64,000 nt of DNA from Candidatus Pacearchaeota archaeon (GCA_038817835.1 JAWAZI010000001.1:44948-108947); one strand, 5' to 3'. Numbered from the stretch's first letter, positions 25,952-35,259 are shown. The notes: generated from the sequence alone by a model not told the origin. Program-made: numbers and translations.

Positions 25952-27499
25952 TTAATAAATTTGTTTATTTCTTAATAAATATAAATCCTTTGTGAATATA
26001 TCTCTTATATCATCAATACCAAATTTTATCATTGCTAATCTATCAACTCCTAAGCCCCAAGCTAATACTTTAATTTTATTATCATAATACTCTCCAAATA
26101 AAGGTTTAATAAGTTCTTCTCTAAATATTCCTGCTCCACCAACTTCAAGCCATTTATCTTTTAATTTTATGCTCATTTCTACACTTGGTTCAGTAAAAGG
26201 ATAATAATCTGGTTTAAATTTTATTTCTTTTGCTTTGGTAATATCTTCAGCCAAATTTTTAAGCCATCCAAGTAAATTTGGAAAACTTAAATTTTTTCCT
26301 ATTATTATTCCTTCACACTGTGTAAATTCTGTTAAATGAGTTTGATCAACGACATCTGGCCTGAATACTCTTACAATAGCAAAATATTTTTCAAATACAC
26401 AGCTATCTATATTTTTTGTTTTTTCTAAAAATTCTTTTATTTTTTTTGCATTTTTTGCTAAAGTTAAAGCAGATATAACAGTACCTTGTGGCCTTAATAT
26501 TAATGTTTTTGCTTTTTCTTCATTCCATTTATATTTCCATTTTTCTTCATGCATTTTTTTAACTCTTTTCATTAAATCATTTGGTATATCTATTTGAAAA
26601 GTATCATTTGTTTGTATAATATAAGTATCACTCCATTCTCTTGCTATATGAAATTGTGGTTGAAATAAAACATCAAAGTTCCAAAATTCATTAACTATAA
26701 TACTACTTATCATCTCTTTGAAACCATAATTTAAAAGTTTATATCTTATATAATCTAAAAAATTTAGATAAAACTGTCTCTTGCCATAATAAACTTCCGG
26801 AACTTTTGATATTATATCATAATATCTAAATTTTTTTCCTTTCCAACCTTTATTTTTAATTAACTCTGGTGTTACTTTATCTATTAATACTATTTTCGAA
26901 GTTTCTAAAAAATTTTGGACATCTTTTAAAATTTCCAATGGTTCATAAATAAATTCAGTCTTTGAATAAATTTTTATTATTTTTTTTCTATTTAGTAAAT
27001 TTTTCAAAATTTCTTTTTCTTCATTGCTTAGATCTTTTTCCTCTTTTGGTAAACTCTCAAGAAATTTTTCTTGTGGAAACTTTTTTATAGCTTTTTCTTT
27101 ATCTATTAATTTAATTTTTCCTTCTTCAATATTAATTATTTTCATTTTTTTTAATTCTCCTAAACTAACTTTTGTTTCATCATCAATTTTTATATCTGCT
27201 AAAGGAATTTCATTTTTTTCTATTAATAAATTTGCTAATTTTCTTTCAGGTAAAAAATTTTTTAAATATATTATTCCATTCTCGTCTAAATCAACTATTT
27301 TTTTAGTTTCAAAATTCAATTTTACTAATTTTTTATTTTCTAGAAATTCTAATGCTCTTTTTATCGCTTCTTCTTCAAGATTTGTTGCTTCTTTTATTTC
27401 TTCTATAGATTTATTTTCTAATAAAAATGGTAATATCTTTCTTTCTTGTTGAGTTAATGAATAAACAATCTTTTTTATTTTATCTTCTTTATTTTCCAT
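25952..27499 (-). CDS. pheS: phenylalanyl-tRNA synthetase alpha subunit
   Basis: Class II motifs: FRPDVVDQTHLTEFTQCEG, GAGIFREEL, AWGLGVDRL. Start moved to ATG 27499 (MENKEDK) because the track ORF start at 27583 overlaps tRNA-Trp. Confidence 0.9.
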   Translation of the reverse strand: MENKEDKIKKIVYSLTQQERKILPFLLENKSIEEIKEATNLEEEAIKRALEFLENKKLVKLNFETKKIVDLDENGIIYLKNFLPERKLANLLIEKNEIPLADIKIDDETKVSLGELKKMKIINIEEGKIKLIDKEKAIKKFPQEKFLESLPKEEKDLSNEEKEILKNLLNRKKIIKIYSKTEFIYEPLEILKDVQNFLETSKIVLIDKVTPELIKNKGWKGKKFRYYDIISKVPEVYYGKRQFYLNFLDYIRYKLLNYGFKEMISSIIVNEFWNFDVLFQPQFHIAREWSDTYIIQTNDTFQIDIPNDLMKRVKKMHEEKWKYKWNEEKAKTLILRPQGTVISALTLAKNAKKIKEFLEKTKNIDSCVFEKYFAIVRVFRPDVVDQTHLTEFTQCEGIIIGKNLSFPNLLGWLKNLAEDITKAKEIKFKPDYYPFTEPSVEMSIKLKDKWLEVGGAGIFREELIKPLFGEYYDNKIKVLAWGLGVDRLAMIKFGIDDIRDIFTKDLYLLRNKQIY

Positions 27500-27574
27500 A
27501 TTCTCTAAAAAAATTAATTTTAAAAAATCTTTTGGTATAAAAAACTTTAAAATATAAAAATTTTTAATTTTAAA

Positions 27575-27645
27575 AGGGGCCATAGTTTAATGGTAGAACG
27601 GCCGGCTCCAGACCGGCTGGCGGGGGTTCGAATCCCTCTGGCCCC
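27575..27645 (+). tRNA. tRNA-Trp (anticodon CCA)
   Basis: Hand-folded cloverleaf. Acceptor GGGGCCA/TGGCCCC. Anticodon arm GCCGG-CTCCAGA-CCGGC. T-arm GGGGG-TTCGAAT-CCCTC. GC-rich island in AT-rich DNA. Confidence 0.9.
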
Positions 27646-27666
27646 AATTAAAATTCAAAATTTAAA

Positions 27667-27993
27667 ATGAAAAAACAAAAAGAATTGAAAATACTATTAG
27701 AAAATTTTACATTAATCCAAAAATCAATGACAGAATTAATAATAGCATTCAAAAGACTTGAAAAAAGATTTGATAAATTTTTAAAATTAGTTGAAGAAGC
27801 TGCTAAAGAAAAGATTGAAAAAGAAAGCATAAAAAAAGAAATACCTAAAGAAAAAGAAAAAATTAGTGATAAAGGATTGAGTGAGAAAATAGAGACTATT
27901 TTAGAACAAAATAAGGCAATGGCAGAAGCTTTATTGTTATTAGAGAAATTAATAAAAGAAAAAATTGAGGAAAAAAAGGAAGAAGAAATTTAA
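27667..27993 (+). CDS. hypothetical coiled-coil protein
   Basis: 108-aa KE-rich heptad-like ORF, first of three same-strand genes ending in lgt. Confidence 0.45.
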   Translation: MKKQKELKILLENFTLIQKSMTELIIAFKRLEKRFDKFLKLVEEAAKEKIEKESIKKEIPKEKEKISDKGLSEKIETILEQNKAMAEALLLLEKLIKEKIEEKKEEEI

Positions 27994-28570
27994 TAAAATG
28001 AATTTTTTTGAAGAATTTTTTGATTTACTTGTGAATATTGAAGCTAAAAATTTAATAAAAAAAGAAAAACCAAAGATTGAAGAAATTAAAGAAAAAAAGA
28101 AAGAAGAGGAAAAAATAGAAAAACTAGAAGATGAATCATTAAAAAAAATTAAAAGAGAACCATTAATAATTAGAAAATTTCCCCCAACTTTTGATATTGG
28201 AAAAATAACAGCAAAAGAACTTATCCCTAAAAAAGAATTCATTCCAAGCTTAGAATTAATAAAAGAAATACCAGTAGAAAGAAAAATTGAAAGATTTAAT
28301 TTTGGAAAAATAAATGATATTGTATATAATACTGATGTTCAACAAGTAAAAATTATTAATGATGAAAAAATTATTGTAATTTATAAAAATGGTAAAAGTG
28401 AAGAAAAAGATATAATAATGAATAAAGATGAAATTCTTGAATTATTAAATAAAATATCAAAAATTACAAAAATACCCCTTGATAAAGAGTTTGGTTGTTA
28501 TTTTGAAGATTTTTTTATAGAAGCAAAATTTAATGAAAAAATTTTAGTAAATATAAGAAGGATAATATGA
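27965..28570 (+). CDS. hypothetical protein; C-terminal half weakly resembles the N-terminal domain of GspE/VirB11/FlaI-type secretion ATPases
   Basis: Likely start MNFFEEFF at 27998. Weak pattern VKIINDEKIIVIYKNGK...NKDEILELLNKISKITKIPLD. ATGA overlap with lgt. Confidence 0.5.
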   Translation: MRKKRKKKFNKMNFFEEFFDLLVNIEAKNLIKKEKPKIEEIKEKKKEEEKIEKLEDESLKKIKREPLIIRKFPPTFDIGKITAKELIPKKEFIPSLELIKEIPVERKIERFNFGKINDIVYNTDVQQVKIINDEKIIVIYKNGKSEEKDIIMNKDEILELLNKISKITKIPLDKEFGCYFEDFFIEAKFNEKILVNIRRII

Positions 28571-29316
28571 TTGAGTATAAACCAATAAATATTCTTTTTA
28601 GTATTGGAAAATTAAATATTTATTCTTGGGGGACTATTGTAGCTTTAGCATTTTTAATTGTTTATATATTATGTATAAGAAAAATAAAAAAAGAAAAATT
28701 GGAAGAAGGAATAATTAATGATTTATTTATTATAACTATTATTTTTGGTTTTTTGGGAGCAAGATTTTTATATGCAATTGAAAATGGTTTTGATAATTTT
28801 TATTCAGTATGGCAAGGTGGCTTAAGCATATATGGTGGTTTACTGCTTGGTTTTTTTTCTATATTTATGTATTTAAAAATAAAAAAAATTTCTTTAAGAT
28901 ATATAGAAATAATTACATTATTTTTGCCTATAGGTTTAGCAATTGGTAGATTAGGATGTTTTATAAATTGGGATGATTATGGTATACCTACAAATTTGCC
29001 ATGGGCAATTAAAGTTGGTGATGATGCTCCAAGACATCCAAGTCAAATTTATGAAATAATTGCAAATTTAGGAATTTTTTTAATTTTATTTTTTATAGAT
29101 AAAAAAGATAGAAAAAAAATTAAAAAAAATAAAGAGGATGAATTAAAATTAACAAAATGGTTTTTATTTTTATATCCAATTACACGGCTATTTCTTGATT
29201 TTTTACGTGACTCGGCAAGATATGTTGGCCTTACTTTAGCTCAGTGGATATCTATAGCAATATTAGCTTGTTTATTTTTATTAATCTTAATAAAAAAATT
29301 TAAAAATATTAAATAA
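28567..29316 (+). CDS. lgt: prolipoprotein diacylglyceryl transferase homolog
   Basis: Blocks match E. coli Lgt recalled from memory: FSIGKLNIYSWG, VWQGGLSIYGGLLLG, GLAIGRLGCFINWDDYG, PRHPSQIYE. About 7 TMs. Confidence 0.85.
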   Translation: MIEYKPINILFSIGKLNIYSWGTIVALAFLIVYILCIRKIKKEKLEEGIINDLFIITIIFGFLGARFLYAIENGFDNFYSVWQGGLSIYGGLLLGFFSIFMYLKIKKISLRYIEIITLFLPIGLAIGRLGCFINWDDYGIPTNLPWAIKVGDDAPRHPSQIYEIIANLGIFLILFFIDKKDRKKIKKNKEDELKLTKWFLFLYPITRLFLDFLRDSARYVGLTLAQWISIAILACLFLLILIKKFKNIK

Positions 29317-29378
29317 AAAATTATAAAAAATAAAAATATAAAAAATAAATAAAGATCTAAAAAATAATAAAAAATCAA

Positions 29379-29603
29379 ATGAAAAAATTCAAAGTTAAAA
29401 TAGATAAAGAAAAATGTATCGGTTGTGGGAGTTGTGTAAGTACTTGTGACAATTTTTATATAAAAAATGGGAAAGCAAATGTAAAAAAAGAAATTATAAA
29501 TGAAGAGGAATACGACAAAAATCTAGAAGCTGCAGAATTGTGTCCAACCAATGCTATAACAATTGAAGAAATTAAAAAAGAAATTAAAAAACATAAAAAA
29601 TAA
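29379..29603 (+). CDS. small ferredoxin (single Fe-S cluster type)
   Basis: CIGCGSCVSTC ... CP motif in a 74-aa protein. Confidence 0.8.
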   Translation: MKKFKVKIDKEKCIGCGSCVSTCDNFYIKNGKANVKKEIINEEEYDKNLEAAELCPTNAITIEEIKKEIKKHKK

Positions 29604-29652
29604 TTTTATATATTTTTGATAAATTTTTAAATTTTATTACTATAGAATTATT

Positions 29653-30648
29653 ATGGAAAATAAAAAATTTGATGAAATTAAAGAAGCTTTATTTAAAGCA
29701 CAATATAGAATTTTTTCAAATTCAGCTGTCCAAATATGTTCATGGACAAAGAAAGCTATAAGAAATGAAGGATTTTGCTATAAACAAAAATTTTATGGTA
29801 TACCAACTCATGCGTGTATGGAATTTACACCATTTATTTTTTGCCAAGAAAATTGTATTCATTGTTGGAGACCAAAAGAATTATTATTAACTAATCTAAA
29901 TTTAATCAAAAAATTGATAAAAAATAATCAAGATCCAGAAGAAATAATAAAAAATTTAATTGAAGAAAGAAGAAAATTATTAATAGGTTTTATGGGAAAT
30001 AAAAAAGTTAATAAAAAAAAATTAGAGCAAGCTTTTATTCCTGTTCATTTTGCTATAAGTTTAGTAGGAGATCCATTACTTTATCCAAAGCTTGGAGAAA
30101 TGATAGAATTATTAAAAACAAAATATAAAGCAAAAAGTATTTTTGTTGTTACAAATTGCCAGGAGCCAAAAGCATTAAAAAAATTAATACAAAAAAATCA
30201 ATTGCCAACCCAGTTATATTTAAGTATAACTGCAACAAATAAAAATGATTATTTAAAATTAAAAAGGCCTATTTATAAAGATGCATGGAAAAGATTTATT
30301 GAATTTTTAAAAATAGCTAAAAAAGCTAAATGTAGAAAAGTTATTAGATATACTTTAGTTAAGGGCATCAATGATAAAGAAAAAAATATAAAAGAATTAA
30401 TAAAACTTGTAAATTTAGCTAATCCTGATTTTTTAGAGATAAAAGCTTATATGTTTTTAGGCTATAGTACATTAAGATTAAAAAAAGAAAATATGCCAGA
30501 ATTTAATTACGTAAAAAATTTTTCTTTAAATTTACTAAAGAATCTAAAAAATTTTAAATATGAAAATTCTGATAAAGCAAGTAGAATTGTTTTATTAAAA
30601 AATAAAAATAGTAACTATAATACAATAATTGAGGAATATAAAAAATAA
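29653..30648 (+). CDS. taw1: tRNA 4-demethylwyosine synthase (Taw1/TYW1 radical SAM)
   Basis: AVQICSWTKKAIRNEGFCYKQKFYGI, then CQENCIHCWRP (radical SAM CxxxCxxC with the TYW1-type WR), then LVGDPLLYP. Confidence 0.8.
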   Translation: MENKKFDEIKEALFKAQYRIFSNSAVQICSWTKKAIRNEGFCYKQKFYGIPTHACMEFTPFIFCQENCIHCWRPKELLLTNLNLIKKLIKNNQDPEEIIKNLIEERRKLLIGFMGNKKVNKKKLEQAFIPVHFAISLVGDPLLYPKLGEMIELLKTKYKAKSIFVVTNCQEPKALKKLIQKNQLPTQLYLSITATNKNDYLKLKRPIYKDAWKRFIEFLKIAKKAKCRKVIRYTLVKGINDKEKNIKELIKLVNLANPDFLEIKAYMFLGYSTLRLKKENMPEFNYVKNFSLNLLKNLKNFKYENSDKASRIVLLKNKNSNYNTIIEEYKK

Positions 30649-30753
30649 GATAAAAAACATCAGAAAAATATTAAGATAAAGATTAAAGGTAAAGATTTTG
30701 TGGTTGAGGATAATAAAAATTATATAAAAGATATAAAAGCGGTAAAAATACTA

Positions 30754-30898
30754 AAAAATACTAAAAAACTTATTTCAAAATTTTTTTATTTTTTCGATTA
30801 AAATATAATTTTTAAGAAAATATTATGCCCCGGCCGAGATTCGAACTCGGGTCGCGAGCGCGAGAGGCTCGCATGCTTGGCCGCTACACCACCGGGGC
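30754..30898 (-). repeat. copy A of duplicated tRNA-Glu segment (gene plus ~70 nt of conserved 3-prime flank)
   Basis: aaaatactaaaaaacttatttcaaaa ... tttttcgattaaaatataatNtttaagaaaatattat plus the tRNA recurs at 43635-43808. Confidence 0.8.
30826..30898 (-). tRNA. tRNA-Glu (anticodon CTC)
   Basis: Reverse complement folds. Acceptor GCCCCGG/CCGGGGC. Anticodon arm CGAGC-CTCTCGC-GCTCG. T-arm CCGAG-TTCGAAT-CTCGG. Confidence 0.9.
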
Positions 30899-30932
30899 AT
30901 AATATTTTAAAGAAATAAATTTTTAAATTTTA

Positions 30933-31928
30933 ATGCTAAAAAACAAGATAAAAATAAAAATAAATCGTCTAGTTATACCAGTATTTTCTTTTATTTTAAT
31001 TTTAATAATTTTATTTAGATTTGTTGAGATAAAAGGTTTTATTGAGATAATAACAAAAATAAAATGGAAGTGGTTTCTTCTAGCTTTAATTTTTCAATTT
31101 ATTTCAATTTTTTTTTCTAGTTTACTTAAATATGAATTAATTGAAACATTAAAAGAAAAAATTGGATTATGGTTTTTAATTAAACTTAATACTGCTATGA
31201 TATTTATTGATATAATAATCCCAAGTCAGAGTATATCATCATTTATTTTTCTTTTTAAAATTTTAGGAAAAAAAGGCGTAGAAAAAGGAAAAAGAACAAT
31301 ATTGATAGCAAATTCTTTTTTAATAAATTATATAGTCACTTTTACTCTTTTAATTGTTGCAATACTTTATAGCATTGAATTGAAATATAATATAATAAAA
31401 ACTTTTATTTTAATTTCAATATCATTAATTTTGATTTTATTTTTGATTTTATTTTTAATTATATTAAAAATTGAAAAATCTAAAAAAATAGTTTTAATTT
31501 TTGCCAAACCAACAAAAATTTTTAATAGAATCATAAAAAATTTTAATGAAAGAATTACAGATTTAATAGAAAGATATTACACAGAAAGAAAAAAGTATAA
31601 AATAAATTATTCTAGACTTATAATAATAAATTTCTTCGAATATTTTTTTAGAATATTAAGCTTATTTTTTGTTATTTTATGCTTAAATTATAATTTAAGT
31701 ATAGATAAAGTAATAATTGTTTATTTATTTGCAAGTTTAATTGCATTTATTAGTTATATAAAAATTGGTTTCTTCGAAGCAGGATTAACTTTAGCCTTAT
31801 TAGCTTTAGGAATAAATTATAATCTTTCTCTTGCAACAACAATTGTTTTTAGAATAATAAATTTCTGGATACCTTTAATTTTAGGTTATATAGCTACAAG
31901 AAAAATTTTGAAAGATGTGGATAGTTAA
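30933..31928 (+). CDS. polytopic membrane protein (UPF0104 / flippase-like, LPG-synthase-TM-like family candidate)
   Basis: 331 aa, about 8 TMs. The N-terminal layout is reminiscent of UPF0104, but the family assignment is weak. Confidence 0.45.
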   Translation: MLKNKIKIKINRLVIPVFSFILILIILFRFVEIKGFIEIITKIKWKWFLLALIFQFISIFFSSLLKYELIETLKEKIGLWFLIKLNTAMIFIDIIIPSQSISSFIFLFKILGKKGVEKGKRTILIANSFLINYIVTFTLLIVAILYSIELKYNIIKTFILISISLILILFLILFLIILKIEKSKKIVLIFAKPTKIFNRIIKNFNERITDLIERYYTERKKYKINYSRLIIINFFEYFFRILSLFFVILCLNYNLSIDKVIIVYLFASLIAFISYIKIGFFEAGLTLALLALGINYNLSLATTIVFRIINFWIPLILGYIATRKILKDVDS

Positions 31929-31939
31929 TTAAATTATTA

Positions 31940-32012
31940 TAGCCGGGCCCGGATTCGAACCGGGGTCACAGGGGCCAGAGCCCTGTATGCTTGACCACTA
32001 CACCACCCGGCT
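31940..32012 (-). tRNA. tRNA-Gln (anticodon CTG)
   Basis: Reverse complement folds. Acceptor AGCCGGG/CCCGGCT (A1-U72 as in archaeal tRNA-Gln). Anticodon arm CAGGG-CTCTGGC-CCCTG. T-arm CCCGG-TTCGAAT-CCGGG. Confidence 0.9.
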
Positions 32013-32074
32013 ATAAACTGGCTATAAATTAAAAAATATAAAAAATTTAAAAATATTAATCTATAAAAATTGTA

Positions 32075-34672
32075 ATGCAATATAAATGGCATTCATTAGA
32101 TGTTGATCAAATAATAAATATATTAAAAAGTGATAGAGAAAAAGGTTTAACAAGTATAGAAGCTGAAAGAAGATTAAAAGAGCAAGGAAAAAATATAATT
32201 ATTGAAAAAAAAATAAATCCTTTTAAAATATATTTGTCCCAATTTACTTCTCCATTAATCTTAATATTAATTTTTGCTTTAATTATTTTAATTTTTTTAA
32301 AATTTTGGATTGATTCTATAATAATTTTAGCTGTAATATTAATAAATACAATTTTAAGTTTTGTAAATGAATATAGATCTGAAAAGATTATTGCAGAATT
32401 AAAAAAAGAAATGCCATTCTATGCAAAAGTAATTAGAGATGGAAAATTAATTAAAATTCCATCTAGTGATGTTGTTTTAGGAGATATTATAATTTTAGAG
32501 CATGGTGATAAAGTTCCTGCTGATGCCAGAGTAATTGAAAGTTTCGAATTAAGAACTGATGATTCTATAATTACAGGGGAATCTTCTCCTCAAGCAAAAT
32601 TCTCTAGAAAATTGAAAGAAGATATAAGCTTATTAGATATGGATAACATAGTTTGGCAATCTACAAAAGTTGTTTATGGAAGAGGTAAAGCAATTGTTAT
32701 TGCAAGAGGTATGGAAAGTGAATATGGTAAAATTGCAAAAGTTATAGAAGAAAAATTAACTCCAACCCCTTTACAACAACAATTAAAAAAATTAGCAAAA
32801 ATATTAGGAATATTTGTAATTTTTATAGCTGTATTATTTTTTATTCTCGGAATTTTATATGGAATAGATAAAATCCAGACTTTTTTAACAGCTGTAAGTT
32901 TAGCTGTAGCTGCAGTTCCAGAAGGATTACCAACAGTTGTTACTATAGGATTAAGTTTAGGTATATTAAAATTAAAGAAATCTAATTTATTAGTAAAAAA
33001 ACTTTTTGCTGCAGAAGGATTAGGGAGTGTTACAGCTATATGTATAGATAAAACTGGAACAATAACAAAAGGAGAAATGGTTGTAAGAAAAATTTTTGTT
33101 GATGATAAAATATTTGATGTTAGTGGGATTGGTTTTAGTGATGAAGGAGAAATTAGTTATTGTGGAATAAAAATAGAAAAAGAAGAAATTGAAAAAAATC
33201 AGGCATTATTATTTTTATTAAAAAATTGTTATTATTGTAATAATGCAGATATAAAAAATCTAATTGGTGATCCTACAGAGCTGGCTCTAGCTTTTCTCGT
33301 AAAAAAATCGAAATTAGATTTTTATGGAAAAAGATTAGATGAAATTTCTTTTAGCTCAGAAAGGAAAATGATGACAGTAATGATAGAAGAGAAGAATAAA
33401 GTTTATATATTTAGCAAAGGGGCTCCAGAAAAAATATTAGATTTATGTAATAAAAAATTAACAAAAGTTGGAGAAAAATACGAAGAAAAAATTTTAAGGG
33501 AGAATGAAAAAAACAAAATTCTAAAAATCTATGAAGAATTTGCTAAAAAAGGGTATAGAGTTTTAGCTTTTGCTTATAAAAAAGGAATAAAAAATACAAG
33601 AATAATCGAGAATAATTTCATATTTTTAGGTTTAGTAGCAATTTATGATGCACCAAAAGAAAATGTAAAGGAAGTAATTAAAAAAGCAAATGAATTTGGA
33701 ATAAAGTTTTATATGTTAACTGGTGATTCTACTCATACTGCTAAAGCAATAGCAGAAGAAATAGGATTAGAAGGAAAAGTTATGGAAGGCAAAGAAATAG
33801 ATAAAATAAGCGAAGAAGAATTAGCAAATATAATTGATGAATATAGAATATTTACAAGATTGAGTGTAGAAAATAAAATAAAGATAATAAAGGCTCTTCA
33901 CAAAAAAGGAGAGATAGTTGCAATGTTTGGAGATGGATTGAATGATGCTCCTGCACTAAAAAAATCTGATATTGGTGTTTCTATGAATAAGGCAACTGAT
34001 GTAACAAAAGAAACAGCTGAAATAATAATTCTTGACGATGATCTTGGAAGATTAGTTGATGGAGTAATAGAAGGAAGAAAAATAAGGAAAAATATTGAAA
34101 AAGTTATAAATTATTTACTAAGTTGTAATTTAGCCGAAGTTATAGTAGTTTTTACTGGTATTTTATTTAAAAGAATAATTTTATTTCCAATTCAAATTTT
34201 GTGGATAAATCTAATTACTGATAGTTTGCCTTCAATAGCATTTGCTAATGATCCTATCGATGCAAAAAAAATAAAAGAAATAAAGAAAGAAATAATAGAT
34301 AAAAAATTAATTTATAAGATTATATTAAATAGTTTAGTCTTAGCATTTTTTATTTTGTTGATTTATTTTATAGGATTAAAATATTATAATTTAGAAATAG
34401 CTACTACCATGGCATTTTTATCTATTGCAATATTTGAATTTGCTAGAATTACTGCTATAAAAATTGATGAGAATTTATTTAATAATAAATGGTTAAATAT
34501 TACTTTATTAATTTGTATAATTTTACAATTAATAATAATCTATACACCAATAAATAAAATATTTAGAGTTTCTTATTTACCATTATCAACTTTATTAATA
34601 ATAATTGGAACAATGATAATAATGGTTTTAACAATGTATCTTGTAGCAAAATTTATAGAGAAAAGATTATAA
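32075..34672 (+). CDS. cation-transporting P-type ATPase (type II, Ca2+/cation-like)
   Basis: ITGES (TGES-type actuator motif), CIDKTGTITKG (phosphorylation site), MLTGDS, GDGLNDAPALKKSDIG. 10-TM layout, 865 aa. Confidence 0.93.
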   Translation: MQYKWHSLDVDQIINILKSDREKGLTSIEAERRLKEQGKNIIIEKKINPFKIYLSQFTSPLILILIFALIILIFLKFWIDSIIILAVILINTILSFVNEYRSEKIIAELKKEMPFYAKVIRDGKLIKIPSSDVVLGDIIILEHGDKVPADARVIESFELRTDDSIITGESSPQAKFSRKLKEDISLLDMDNIVWQSTKVVYGRGKAIVIARGMESEYGKIAKVIEEKLTPTPLQQQLKKLAKILGIFVIFIAVLFFILGILYGIDKIQTFLTAVSLAVAAVPEGLPTVVTIGLSLGILKLKKSNLLVKKLFAAEGLGSVTAICIDKTGTITKGEMVVRKIFVDDKIFDVSGIGFSDEGEISYCGIKIEKEEIEKNQALLFLLKNCYYCNNADIKNLIGDPTELALAFLVKKSKLDFYGKRLDEISFSSERKMMTVMIEEKNKVYIFSKGAPEKILDLCNKKLTKVGEKYEEKILRENEKNKILKIYEEFAKKGYRVLAFAYKKGIKNTRIIENNFIFLGLVAIYDAPKENVKEVIKKANEFGIKFYMLTGDSTHTAKAIAEEIGLEGKVMEGKEIDKISEEELANIIDEYRIFTRLSVENKIKIIKALHKKGEIVAMFGDGLNDAPALKKSDIGVSMNKATDVTKETAEIIILDDDLGRLVDGVIEGRKIRKNIEKVINYLLSCNLAEVIVVFTGILFKRIILFPIQILWINLITDSLPSIAFANDPIDAKKIKEIKKEIIDKKLIYKIILNSLVLAFFILLIYFIGLKYYNLEIATTMAFLSIAIFEFARITAIKIDENLFNNKWLNITLLICIILQLIIIYTPINKIFRVSYLPLSTLLIIIGTMIIMVLTMYLVAKFIEKRL

Positions 34673-34696
34673 ATTTTTTTATTTTTTATTTTTATT

Positions 34697-34769
34697 GCCT
34701 CGGTAGCTCAGTGGTTAGAGCACAGCCTTGGTAAGGCTGGGGTCGCGGGTTCAAATCCCGCCCGAGGCT
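34697..34769 (+). tRNA. tRNA-Thr (anticodon GGT)
   Basis: Acceptor GCCTCGG/CCGAGGC. Anticodon arm CAGCC-TTGGTAA-GGCTG. T-arm GCGGG-TTCAAAT-CCCGC. Confidence 0.9.
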
Positions 34770-34785
34770 TTAAATTTTCAATTTT

Positions 34786-35259
34786 ATGATTATAATGAAC
34801 TATTCAAAAATAAAAAAATTAAAAAAAGAATATTTAAAATTTGTAAAAAAATATAAACTTCCAAGTTTTGATGAATTAAATAAAGAATTTGAAATAGAAG
34901 AGATTAAGTTTGGAAAATCTTTTCTATTAAGAGATATAAGAAGAAGAATGATTGGTAAAATTTTATTTTATTTATCAACTTTTGAAGATTTATTAATTCC
35001 ATCAAAACCTTCATCAATGTTTATAGCAAATAAATTAAAAAATGAAGATAAAGAAAAAATAAATAAAATATTATCATCGATGAGAATGCTTTTAATTCAA
35101 GAAATTTTTATTAATGAGCTTGAATATAATGAAAAAAATGATGCAGAAATGATAAAAAAAATTTATACATCATGGAAAGAAATAAAAAAAGAAATTAAAA
35201 AAATTGGGAAAACTATTCTTAAAGAAAATAAAAAAAGTAAATTATCTTATTTGGGATGA
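34786..35259 (+). CDS. hypothetical helical protein
   Basis: 157-aa ORF, no motif recognised. ATGA overlap with the downstream endonuclease V gene. Confidence 0.45.
   Translation: MIIMNYSKIKKLKKEYLKFVKKYKLPSFDELNKEFEIEEIKFGKSFLLRDIRRRMIGKILFYLSTFEDLLIPSKPSSMFIANKLKNEDKEKINKILSSMRMLLIQEIFINELEYNEKNDAEMIKKIYTSWKEIKKEIKKIGKTILKENKKSKLSYLG

Noticed and set aside
27500-27583. 28-codon N-terminal extension of pheS (MAPFKIKNFYILKFF...) reaching 27583.
   Set aside because: It overlaps the 5-prime end of tRNA-Trp (27575-27645) on the opposite strand and has no PheS-like sequence. The internal ATG at 27499 (MENKEDK) is the more plausible start.
30826-34769. Segment bracketed by three tRNA genes (Glu, Gln, Thr) carrying a flippase-like membrane protein and a P-type ATPase, considered as an integrated element or genomic island.
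   Set aside because: There is no integrase, no partial tRNA direct repeat (att-like) and no visible compositional shift. The tRNA genes are complete and simply interspersed.
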